This document shows, piece by piece, positions 26,461 to 38,500 of a DNA stretch of 64,000 nucleotides. A program made the translations under genes and the position numbers. The number at the start of each line of letters is the position of its first letter. Position 1 is the stretch's first letter. The notes beneath the pieces are model-generated. The model was given only the letters and a program-made list of their open reading frames with translations. It did not search any database and was not told where the DNA came from. The stretch is from Pelomyxa schiedti (Eukaryota > Protista > Evosea). The stretch covers positions 62,001-126,000 of the forward strand of contig JAHLWZ010000518.1 in assembly GCA_020536535.1 (NCBI GenBank), given 5' to 3'.

Positions 26461-27863
26461 ATGCGAGGTGTTGTGGCGGTGTTAGTGTCGTTTTTCTGTT
26501 TAGTCCGGAGTAGCACCCTCGGTTTTGGTTCAGAATGGGGCTATGAGGACAGCGGATCTGTGAGAGGTTGGCTTACGTTTTCGAACACATGGTGTTTTCA
26601 TATCGCACATTTCTGTGACGCACCAACCTCCTATTGCATGTCTAGGGGTGTCTTTGTTCATGTGGGTTTTTTTTAACAAAAAAAAAAAAAAGGCCCAGCA
26701 AGATGGTACGAAGTGTACCCTGCTTGTGGCACAGGTGCGGCTGTGGAGCATCAGTCACCAATCAATATTGACAGTTTTTCTACCGTGCATGATGCATCAC
26801 TCTCTGAGCCTTTCGTGTTTGGCTACAAAGATAACGTGGCATTCAACGTTTCAAATGTGGCCTATTCCATATTGGTTGATGGCCAAAGTATGTGGGATCC
26901 TGCTCTCTTATCTACTTTATACTGAAGAAAGCTTGTAACAGTTCCTATGGATTTCACATTTGTTGGCCCAAGAGATCTGCAGACTACATATAAACTTATT
27001 AGCTTCCACTTCCACTGGCATGACAGCACACTGGAGGGCTCCGAGCACACCATTGATGGTGTCAAGGTGCGTTTGAGCGGCATACGATCAACTTATTTAC
27101 TCTTTAGTACCCTCTCGAACTTCACCTCGTCCATATTCGCTCTGATTTTGCTGATCTGCATGAAGCACTTTTATCTGGAGAGGCAAATGCTCTCAGTGTT
27201 GTAGCAGTACTTTATACGATTGGGGAACCAAACACAGAGCTTCAAAAAATCACTGATGCTGCAGCAAACGTGCCATACCCTGGAAACACTCCCGTCTACA
27301 TTCCTGATTTCACTCTTAAATTAATACTACCGTCACTTCTTTTGTCCCGTTATCAGTACTTCCTCTACTCAGGAAGTTTGACAACTCCTGGATGCAATGA
27401 AGTTGTGCAATGGGTGGTTATGACGGAGCGCGTTCAAATTGCTGCTGATCAACTGTCAGGATTCCGTGCTATGCACCACCAGCTTCTCGAGGCACACTCC
27501 ACATCCACAGGTTAATCCCTCCCCTTTTATTTACTGTCTATACTTATGCCATTCTTAGAAGAACCGTTTGATGTCATATGCAACGCACGACCAGTGCAGC
27601 CCTTGAATGGTAGGACCGTGATTGTTGGTGGGCAACCCTCCACCAGTGAATCCATCAGCACCTCAAGCAGCAGTTCCCTCAGCAGCAGCAGCTCCATCAG
27701 ACTCTCTTCATCGCAACCTGTTGTCTCTTCAATCGAGGACTGGGAACCACCCGCCAAGGCTGACACAGGACCAGCCATTGCCACACTGACACTTTCGCTT
27801 GCTCTTGCTGTAGCCAGCGTACTCGTGTTCTGCATCATGCTATGTAAGAAGGCTCCTAAGTAA
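26461..27863 (+). CDS. Alpha-carbonic anhydrase with signal peptide and C-terminal membrane anchor
   Basis: WGY, GPARW, QSPINI, Zn ligands FHFHW and ELHLVH, GSEHTIDG, YSGSLTTPGCNEVVQW, NARPVQPLNGR; Ser-rich stalk and hydrophobic C-terminal helix. Confidence 0.93.
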
Positions 27864-28036
27864 TCAATCCATTTTTTGGTGTTGCAATACCGAAAATTTC
27901 GCGGCCGGTCGACAAGACAAGGTTTGAATCAATTTCGTGTCATTCGGTGCCACCCGGCGAACGTAAGGTAGAGCAAGTGGCTTGTTGGTGTTGTTCGTTG
28001 CTGACGGGATATAAATTGTAAGTTCCACACGAGCAG

Positions 28037-31000
28037 ATGAAGGGTGGCGATTTGACAACGAGCACCAGCACTAGTCCCACGAATGCTAGCGGTGTTAATA
28101 TTGCGGAGGATGTGAGAGGTGAAAGAAAAGGAAAGAAGAGCTCCTCAACAGGAGGCAATGGTGCTGGCCATTCACTGAAGCAACAGCACAAACCAGTGCT
28201 GCGCACTCCATCTACTACACCAAAGACTTCTTCTGCTAACATTCACACTACCCAACTGTCACCCAACAACAAACCGTCACCTCCCACTCAAAAGAAACCA
28301 CGGTTTTCCCAAGTTGGCTCCCCTGTTAATACCATGCAATGGAGGGACAAGGATTTCACACAAGAACAGCAGGAAACTATCAGTGATAGGTGGCACTCCA
28401 TTTCCACTCATGTTGCAGCTCTCAGTGACTGGAAAATTGCTGAGGAAATTTCCTCCAATTTAGTTGCTGTATCTGAAATCTGCACCTTCTTGCTACACAC
28501 CCAGCCATCTGAAAACAGTGTTGAGCACGATGTTTTAGAAGTGCTAAGGCTATTTGCTTGTCATAAGGTTCTTCCTTTCCCCTTGAAATGAAAATTGAAT
28601 ACACCATAGATTGAGGATACTTTAGGGTGTGCGGTGAGTAGAAACTTTGTTGACAGCTTGTTAGTTCACCCTCTTGTGCGCTTGATCAGGGATCTTCGGA
28701 GGTATGAGAGTTCTCCACTGGAGGCAGCAAAATTCCTGGTGGAATATCAAGTAATAACTTACTAATTTTCACCTATCCTTTCTAACAAATCAAGATCAAG
28801 GCTTGTTGTCCTATCGAGCTCACCTCATACAGAATCATCAAGGAATTCCTCTCGATGACTTAAATTTTGAATCTCTTGTCATCTGTTATCAAGAGCCTTT
28901 TTCCTTAACCTTGTCTTTGGCCATTCATAAGGTTATTCTTTCAAAATTACTAAAGCTCATTTTTCCTAGATGAAATCTTTAAACTGTGACTTTCAATACA
29001 TTTTAAAGAAATTCTGGAATCGCAGGACAGAAACGAACCTTTTCTCTTTGGTTCAAGATCTTTTTGTTGCAGCTTCAGCTTCCGAATTTCTTCATCAGCT
29101 TTTGACAGCTGAGGTATGGGTGAATTCTTCACACTTTCATTGAATTCCCAAAAGAAAAACCGTTTGTATTCTCTTATTGGGAGTCTGCAACGCCCCCCTC
29201 CTACAAAACTGCAATTTATCAATAAAATAAATGGTCTAGATCTATCAGAGAAAGCCTTGAAGACAATGCTATCCATGACATCAGAGGATGATTTGATTGC
29301 CACATTGTCATCTCAAGGTATTACATATATTTTTTGATTGTTTGTAATAAATCAGGAAAAAAAGAGGATGTGACAAAAGAAACAATCGATGCTCTGATAA
29401 AACCTTTTGAGAAGGTGCCTGCAAGGTCCGAACTCAAGAAATACCTGTTGGATACCCCTTTGGCTGTGCCAATACCCGTTTCTTCCGATTCTTCAGAGAT
29501 TTGGTTGCATGAAAGGTTCCCAAACGTGTTCCAGTTTGACCTCTCAAGGAGTTGCCCCGGTTTGAGTGAGGTTTATTCTGGACTGAAATATCGAAGAGAA
29601 AGCATAAAAGACAGCTCCGAGGCTTCCCAGACTCGCTGGATTGACAAATACTTTGCAGAAACTTTTCACCAATGGAGGAAGTACAATCCAGACGTTGCAG
29701 CAAGAAGCAAAGCACCACAAAGGAACAGAACAGCAAAAACTGCATCAGTGTCACAAACACGACCAGACTGGTGGTTTGAGTTTGATGGGAAACTTATGGT
29801 CAAAGGTGAGTTTCTCCTGGTTTCAAAAACAAAGACTAATTTTGGGGAAAAACTCCAAGGTGAAGAAAAATGTGCAGACCACCCACTACAAAAACCAACA
29901 AAAGAGCTAAGGAAGAAAATCCGTGCTGATCCCTGGTTTGAAACTACTTTCATCAACTACCTTGTGACCTATGCAACTTCTGGGGCAACTTTTCAGCCTT
30001 GTGTGTGTTTTAAAGGAAAAAACAAAAAGTATGTCACGGAACACCTGGGCCCTTCTCTGGACATGCTTCAAGAAAATGTTTGTTTTCGTTTTCCTTCCTT
30101 TTTTTTTTGTTTGTACAAACCTTTCATCACACAGGACAAGTTGCAAATGTTCATTTTTGCTGTAAATGTTTGTCGATTGATAAAAACATTTGATGTGTTT
30201 CACAGGGTATGCTCTCTAAGCATTGCCAACGCCTAAAAAGCAATGTAAACTGATGGGATGGTACACAAAAGATACCCTTGACTAAAGACATAACCCTGAA
30301 GAATGAAGAATCAAAGTGTATGGTGACACTAAAGAGCAACAGGCACATCCACAAGAAGATATTGCTCACTTGGTTTCTTGTTATAACCTTAGCGAAGTTA
30401 TCTAACTCTTGCACAGCTCCACTTTGTCTGCTGAAACTTTCCACTCAGTTTACAGACAATTACAAGAAGATGTCGACGAAACATTGAAGCCTTTCGTAAT
30501 TCATGCTGTGGATTTCCCAAGAGTTATCAACAGTGGGAGGAAGACAGCCAGTGACACAAAGAAGAAGAAAACCAAGAGTGCAAAAGAGTTGGAAGTAACA
30601 CTGGCACCACTTGGTGATGCTCGGCACCCAACCAATGAACTGGAGTTGTTCGTGGCAGCAGTGAGCACTCTGTTTGGTCTGGCAGGCCTTCACAGCCTTG
30701 GGATTGCCCACCGTGATGTGAGGTGGCCCAATCTTGTGTTCAACCCAGAGACAAATGCCTGGCTCCTGATTGACCTGGAGTATGCAGCAGAGTTTGGTAC
30801 CTATCACTCAAAAACTGTGCACCTTCTTGAAAAACCCATAGATCACGAGTGCAGTCCCAAATCAGATGTTTACATGCTGGGAGCAATGCTCGGCCGATCC
30901 CCATTCTGCCAGACCCACCCTGAGAGATGCACGGAAGTAAGCAAATGGGCGGAATTCCTCTCCAAAGAACGGTTCAATGAACGCCCATCAACAGAAGAGG

Positions 31001-31611
31001 CCCTCAAATACATCCTGGAGAACCCACCGCCAAGCGCAAACAAAGGGTCAGTGCTGAACTGCTGCCCAGCTCTTGCCACACTTCTCAAGTACGATCCCGG
31101 ATCGAATCAATTCCGGCTCAGGAAGCCGCTACCACCAATTCCAATGCTCCCATCACCGAGTGTTGGGAAGGAAGATCCCACAGACAATGACAACACTGAT
31201 GATGATGATGACATCCCGGCAACACAACGCCATTCCAGTAAAAAAGCCACAACCAAGGCAAACAGCACTTCTTCCTCATCCTCCTCGCCCTCGTCGTCGT
31301 CCTCGCCATCGCGCTCATCGTCATCGTCTTCGTCGTCAACATCACTCTCCTCAACCCCGCCGCAAGCAAAGCCCAAACGAAAGAGAAGACCAAAAAAAAG
31401 ACCCATTTACATGCCAAAAAAAAAGGGGACTCAATCTCGTGGGAAGAACTCAAAGGCCACAAAGCACAAAAAAGACACAAAGCACACAAAGGACAAGAAG
31501 AAACGGGCATCAAGTTCTTCATCATCCTCCTCGTCTTCAGCTGCTGCTCACAAAAGCCGGAGAAAGAGGAAAAAGAGAAGAAGTTCCTCATCCTCCTCAT
31601 CTTCTTCCTAA
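28037..31611 (+). CDS. Crinkler (CRN)-type protein: PD-(D/E)xK nuclease domain, divergent kinase and Lys/Ser-rich tail
   Basis: RPDWW...VKGEEK after removing an in-frame intron, then KEL..K and YATSG; kinase motifs HRDVRWPNL, LIDLEYA, SDVYMLG, ERPSTEEAL. Confidence 0.72.
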
Positions 31612-31742
31612 GTCTGTGTCACAAAAGAGAGACAGACCACTGGACCGGGATGTTAGACCCTCTCTGAGGAAAAAAAAACCACTCTATTGTCCTTCAGATC
31701 TGCAGGAATTTTCAAATAACACAATAAAAAATCTTTTGGTGA

Positions 31743-32399
31743 ATGCCGCGAGTGAAGTCATCGAAGGAAAGGCCACCAGAGGGATGGGAGGTCGTCGAAG
31801 AAACACTGAACGAACTGGATAAAAAGATGCGCGATGGTGAGTTTGTTGTTTTTTGTGTCTGGGTGTGTTTCGGCTTTGTTGCGCACTAGCACCAAAAAAT
31901 CCACTGTGTTAACGAGGTATTCCTTAGTGGAAAATGAACCGCATGAGGGTAAGAGAAAGGTGGAGTCCACGTGGCCCATATTGCGAATACACCACGAACG
32001 CACTCGGTGTGTACTCTTCAGACTCTAGTTTTCTTTCTGCTCGTTTTTTACCGTTAGGAATTTATGACACTGGTTTCCAGGTACATATACGAAATGTATT
32101 ACAAGAGGAGAGAAATCACGAAAGAAGTGTATGATTATTGCCTTCGCCAGGGCTATGCCGACCCAAACCTCATTGCCAAGTGGAAGAAGGTTGTTCTTTA
32201 ATCAGAAATCATTTAATGTGACCCACTCACACCAACACAGCCGGGATACGAGCGACTTTGCTGCGTGCGCTGCATTCAACGAAAGGATCACAATTTTGAC
32301 ACTACTTGTATATGCCGAGTCCCCAAGAGCAAACTCTCTGCTGGCAAAGTTGTTGAATGCGTACATTGCGGCTGCCGAGGTTGTGCCAGTGGTGATTAA
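31743..32399 (+). CDS. BUD31: Splicing factor BUD31/G10
   Basis: MPRVK...[62 protein letters not shown]; three introns. Confidence 0.97.
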
Positions 32400-32624
32400 A
32401 TCAGTGTATCTACCAACCAAAAATAAACTAAAGCAAACCAAACACACCAACAACTCCCATTAAAAAGAGCTTTTTTCAAAAGCAAGGCCTCCTTGTTACC
32501 TTGAAAGACTTCGAACAACAGAAACAAAAAACAAAACAAATCCAGCACAGGGACCCAACTTGGGAGTTTCCACAAAAAACCAAAACACAAAAAAAAAGGC
32601 AAATTCCGGTGTTGGTGAGAAACC

Positions 32625-35273
32625 ATGGCGGCGTACCCAGGGTGGGGACAGCCACCACAACAGCAGCAGCCCCCGATACAGGTTATGGGATACGGCGGAT
32701 CGCCGCTGAGGATGGCACACACGCCGCAGCCGGCGGACGTGTCGCGCGCGTCGTTGGCGGGTTTTCCAGTGATACCAGAGAGCGAATTGGTTTTCAATCG
32801 AGCAAGTGACGAAATTGGTTCTGGGCAGTTTGGCACCGTTTACCGGGGTAAGATCTTTCGATCTTGTCTAAAACTACAAATTATAAGTAATGGCAACAGT
32901 ATAAATAACAAGATTGAAGTATTGAATTTTCCATGTTGAATCTATCTCCACATTTAAAACCTTTCACAAACGTTATCTGACCGTCATTTTGCACTCCTGT
33001 GAAGCTAATTGCAGAGGGAATTCTGTTGCAGTGAAAGTTATCAAATGTCCTGCAAACTGCGCTACTGTATTCCTCTTATTTCCCTAAAACAACAAAAATG
33101 ACGTGTGAATATAGGTTCTTCAAGAATATAGAAAAGAAGTCTCCATGCTTAAGAACATACGTGTGCCAAATGTTGTTCAGTTTCTTGGCGTTTGCGCTGC
33201 CCCAGGGGAATTAATGATTGTTACCGAGCTTCTAAAAGCGGACTTATCACAGGTTTTCCCCTCTACTTCATCTGGGTTTAATTAATTCATTCTCTGTTCC
33301 AGGTATTACAAGACCCGGAAGTATTGAATTCTCTATCTCTTGATAGGCGCCTGCAAATGGCAAGAGAAGCTGTAAGTTTTCTATTGTAGTGAATCAATGA
33401 AACTAACTCCTTTAGGCGTGTGGTATGAGTTGGCTTCACGGAATTTGCCACATTATTCACTGTGATTTAAAGCCTGCAAGTAAGACATCTCATTTTGAGT
33501 TTTTCTCTTACTATTCCCCTCTAGATCTCCTTTTAGATGAAGCTTTTCACGTGAAGGTTTTATCTTCCTCTTTAATTTATAGAAAGTGTTAAACTGTACA
33601 AACCAGGTTTGTGACTTTGGGCTTGCCACGGAACAAATGCTGAAGGGTTTAAATTTTGAAGGGTTTTCTTTGAAGGGAACTTGTAGGCTCTATCTCTTTC
33701 TACCATTCTTCAAATTGATAAAAATTAGTAATTTACATGGCCCCTGAACGGCTGTCCTGCAACCCATTCAACGAGAAATCCGATGTTTACTCCTATGGTC
33801 TTATTTTGTTTGAACTCTTCACTGGGAGTGTTGTTTATGAACATCATGATAAAGAAGACGAATTTATTCAAGTATTATGCACCAACTAACACATTTTTCT
33901 CACCTGAACTTAGGCGGTTACAACTCTCAAAGAGCGGCCTGTGTTTCCTGAAAATTGCACACTCCCAGCGGAACTTGTATCGCTGATCAAATCATGTTGG
34001 GATGCGGACTACAAAAATAGACCATTATTCCCACAGGTTGTAAGCAACCTTGAAGCACTTCACATGGATGTTGTGCTGGGGCATACAAACATAGCGACAT
34101 TTTGGAGATCTCACTTTTCAAATCCAGTATGATATACTGTATCATCTCTGTCCTAACCTTCTCCAGTTCTTGGATGAAGTAACATTCAGCATGTTTGTTC
34201 AAAAGCTACAAATAAACCTCCAAACAGAATTCAACGTAGAAGAACTGGAAGGCCTCAAGAAACTTATGCGTGAGGCTCCATCTTCCAAAACCACAAGGGT
34301 TAAACTCATAAATTAGGTTCCCTGTCAAACAAAACCAGCCTTGAGCCAATGGTTACCATGCAAATGCTAAAAGAGCTTAATGAATGGTTTGGTGACTTCT
34401 TCTGCCCTCCATATGGTAGTGCTGTTGCACATGAGGTATTGAACCTATCCCAATTTAGCTCTTCCTACAGTTAGTTATCTTAGATGTGTTTCACGTCTAC
34501 GAGGCCATGGTTCCATTTTAACCTTCCAAGACCAATGGCTGATTCAAGGTTATCATGCTGTTCTGTCAACACTTTTTTGGTAATCTTTCATTCTATGCAT
34601 TAACTCATTCATTTCATCATAGGTTCGACTCAGCAGTACCAATCCCACCTCACAGCCTTTCACAATTAGCAAAATGTACCCTGGTCGTAAACCTCTGCAC
34701 AGGCGTGTTGATAGAGTTCTGCTCACATCCTCACAAAAACCTCTGTCATCAACTGTAGATTCCCCTTCAAGCAGCACTGACTCTATTACCCCTACTTCCA
34801 CCATGTGCCCATCGACAATGTCCACGAGCACGAACACCTCTTCGATCACCACTGGGCCAGAAGATACCAACTCTTCATCCACTGCACCAACCACAACTAT
34901 TGTATCCCCATCCCCGTCTCCATCCCCAACACCAACATCCACATCCACTGAAGCCCCAGCCACCGAAACAGCCTCAACCACCACAACACCACTCACATCC
35001 CAGTCCCCACCTCCCCCGCAGCAAACACAAACGCCAACGCCAACTGCTACAGCAACCACAACAACTACAAACACACCGGCGCTATCTTCACCGCACCCGC
35101 CGCAGCCGCCGGCCCACCACCTCCTGAGTGTCACTCTCAGCAAGGGAGGGGTTGTTCAGCGCCCAACCCTGAGTGAACTAATCGACGCTCTGGTTAAAAT
35201 GGGTGCCCTAGGGACTCCTTGCCCCCTCATCGACCCACCAAGCACAGGAACTCCCTACGACGACCTGTTTTAG
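32625..35273 (+). CDS. SHK-type TKL protein kinase with C-terminal SH2 domain
   Basis: IGSGQFGTVY, VAVK, HCDLKPAN, DFG, YMAPE, SDVYSYG, CWDAD..RP; then PWFH...TFLVRLS...PFTIS (SH2). This architecture matches Dictyostelium Shk kinases. Confidence 0.87.
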
Positions 35274-35364
35274 CCATGTTTGAAGCCTGGAACCTAGCAA
35301 GCAAGCTGCGAACTTTTTGTCAGTGTTGGGACTTGTAAAAAAACAAAAGAACCTTTCCCCACTA

Positions 35365-35488
35365 CGTATCTCCAAATCATAACCCAGCGTATCTCGTTGC
35401 AACTCAAGATCAAAACCCCAGCGTATCTCGCTGCAGGCAGTTTGTTTTCGTTTGCGGAGAAAAAAATTGATGTCCCGGAGCGTATGTC
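35365..35488. repeat. Clustered short direct repeats with core CGTATCTC
   Basis: CCCAGCGTATCTCG at 35383 and 35417; partial copies at 35365 and about 35479. Confidence 0.55.
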
Positions 35489-35565
35489 AATTCGAAGGAA
35501 ACAAATTTAAGGGGTGAACTTCGTTCAGAACAAAACAAAAAACAAAAAACAAACTGTCATCGGTG

Positions 35566-38500
35566 ATGACAACCAACGAGGCCAACAGCGGTAGCAGAAG
35601 GGGGAGGCACCAGCGACAGAAATCTACACCAACACCAGTATCGGCCTCGTTGATTGCGTCTACTGCATTGGGTTCCTACAGATCTCTCTATGGCGACATC
35701 ACGCCGCCGACCACCACTGCTCCATCTCCCCCAAGTTCAGAAGGAAGCGGCACGCCCCAGTGCACCACACCCGAGAGGAACAACTCGGCCGGCCTCCATC
35801 GTACAAAACCAACTCCAACACATCTCCTTCACACAGTCACTCTTTCTTCATCCCCGGAAAGACGTAATTTTCTTTCCTTGAGCACTACGCAACTCAGCTT
35901 GCCTTCATCCCCAGCACCGCCGCCACCAATTTTGTTTACTCCTCACGGGGGCCCTCCTGTTTTTCCGTGTACACCACCTCACCCCTCTCAGCCGCCACCA
36001 CATCCTCATCCGCAGGCACCCCCTCCACACCCTCCTATGTTAGCTCAATCGTCTCAGCGCCCACCTGCGTCACCTATGACCGACACCCCTATCACCAATC
36101 TTTTAACGCCTCCGCACACTAGACGTCGGAGTTTTTCCGGCTCTGAGGCCACTCTTTGCCCACCACCTCTCACTTCTGAAACAAGCAGCCCTGAAATAGC
36201 TAGGTTTATTCCTGGTGACATAACTCATGACAGAAAAACTTCTTTCCTTGAAGGGCCTACTGTAGTTTTAGGAGACAAGACACCTCGCCTAAAAAGACTG
36301 AGTGTCAGTACTGATAACATATTCACTAAATTGGGTGATGGTCTGGAAATGGAAGCTGGAGAATCTGATGGGCTCCCCGCACATACTGCCGACAGCATGG
36401 GAACCGCTGATAATGAGGCCAACAATGAAGAGATACCAACAGCAGTTTATTCTGAAGGGATGTATGGAGAAGTACTAAAGGCCGCTTCTGAGCGAGCCGC
36501 AAAGCTTCAAGAAAATGAGCAACCTGAGCAACCACAAGTTCCTGTTGTAGTTGCATCCTCCACAGCCCCAAGTTGGAATACCTTATTCCAGGTATTCACC
36601 TTCCTTCTCTAGAATACTCTTGTAATAAGTGTACTAGAATGCTTTAGACAGTCTGTGCGAGATAAGAGACTCTGATGTAAAATACTTCACCCCACATCAT
36701 CATAAATGTCTCGTGTCGGCGTGGACTGCAGTTAGGGATGTTGCTGCAGACTTCGTGTATGCTGCCCAATCTTACGGGAAGGTCGCAACACTTACTATTA
36801 GTATTCTCTATTTACATCTTCCTACTTCTTCTTTCCTTTTTTTTTTTTTTGTTTTTTTTCCCATCAATTTACACGAACCCATTTTTCCTGTTTTCTTTGG
36901 CTCTTTTCCATCCTTCTTCTGACGCTTACCAGATTATAATTGGCGAAAAGTATCTCCCTGAAGAGGCTAAAACTATCAAGTCTGCCCGTGTTGGTGGGAT
37001 TGCAGGCGGCACGGTGAGTATATGAGACCTTCGAATGTGTACTGACAATAGCAGAAATACATTGTGAATGGGATTCTGTTCAAATTTGCAACAGATGATA
37101 AAGGACTATTTGGTGGTGATGACTACCTAGCAGCCAAAACAGCTGGTCACGAATTAAAAGTAACTCCAATCTGCACAAAATTATCTCAAATCCCCGTAGA
37201 GCTGTGTCCGCCTCTTCAATGTCGCTGGGTCCATCATACGTGTTCCACTTATGGCTACAGTCGATTTTTTGGGATACAGATTGACTGCGATGTCATTGTT
37301 GCCAATAACTGCTAAGTGAGTTCCATTTCACCTTCGCCAATACTTATTCCTTGAAAGATCGATTTTGTATGGATCCAGTAATGCTGGCAGAATCGTTCAC
37401 GCCGATGACCCTGTGGTGGTTAGGAATATGGAACACATATGCACGAAACTAAATCTAAAGGGCCACACTTGTGGCACAGGGTATAATGGTAGATATAGTT
37501 TTTAAAGTTTTAATATTTCAAAGGTTAGAACATAAAACCCTATGGGGTCCTACAGACATTGAAGTGCATAGGGGATCTGATGGAAGGTTCTATGTATGTA
37601 CATTCTTCCAATTATTTGCATTTGATTTCCTCTAAAGATAATTGACCTCTCGAGGTTATTCCCTCCAGAAAGACCTGTGAAAGGGTATGTGAAATCATGA
37701 TATCTTCACAGCAAACACCCAGTAGAGTTCCTGGGTGCAGTCTGCACAGGCTTTTGAGACCCGAGTTGGTGTATCAGTATAAAACACCCCTGTCCTCTGA
37801 TGCCTATACAAACTTTGGACATGCAGATGAGAATGAACTGGCAAGTACAGCTGAAGTGGCCGCAGCAACAGAATATCTTCATAATTCTGTACCTTTTTCC
37901 CTTTTTATCTTAGACTGATTACCTTAGGTGATTCCGGCATTTGCTGAAAGCCTTTCCCATTCCTTCAAGTCTGTCATGCCTCAAAGTCCCGAGTCTTTGG
38001 CTTTAATTTCGAAAATGCACACAGCAGGTTTTTTTTTAAGTTCCAAGAAAGCATCAAAGTAACTCACTCCATAAGGAATCAATCTTCGTCACCTTGGACA
38101 AGTATGGAGCCATACAACTACCCCAAGTGTCAGGAATATTATAACACATGAAATAGCTGCCCGCATTATCAAGGTATCTCATGTACGTATTTGTTCTTTC
38201 CTCATTTCTCTCCAGAAATTGTTGAACAATAAGCTTCGGGAACTTATGACGGTGGAGAAAAAGCTCACGCAGTCTCCATTTCGGAGACTTATTGTAGATT
38301 ACCTTAATGTAGTGCTCAATCGCTGTGCCTTTGATCGGTATCTCCTAGCGTTTTTATTGAAGTCATATTTTAATAGAAAAGCTGACCCTCGAAAAGCTGC
38401 TATACAACGAGAACAGGCAACACTGAATGAGTGGCAAACTGTCATACACCCAATGATGGTATCCTCCTACGAAGGGTACACAAATGATTGGGCAAAGAGT

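Noticed and set aside
28751-28870. Apparent frameshift or GA donor in the CRN-type gene
   Set aside because: Resolved by a canonical intron ending at CATACAG (28832).
34553-35143. 196-aa Val/Gly-rich minus-strand ORF (likewise 48677-49366 + and 58651-59286 -)
   Set aside because: Reverse complements of Thr/Pro-rich coding tracts, which naturally lack stop codons.
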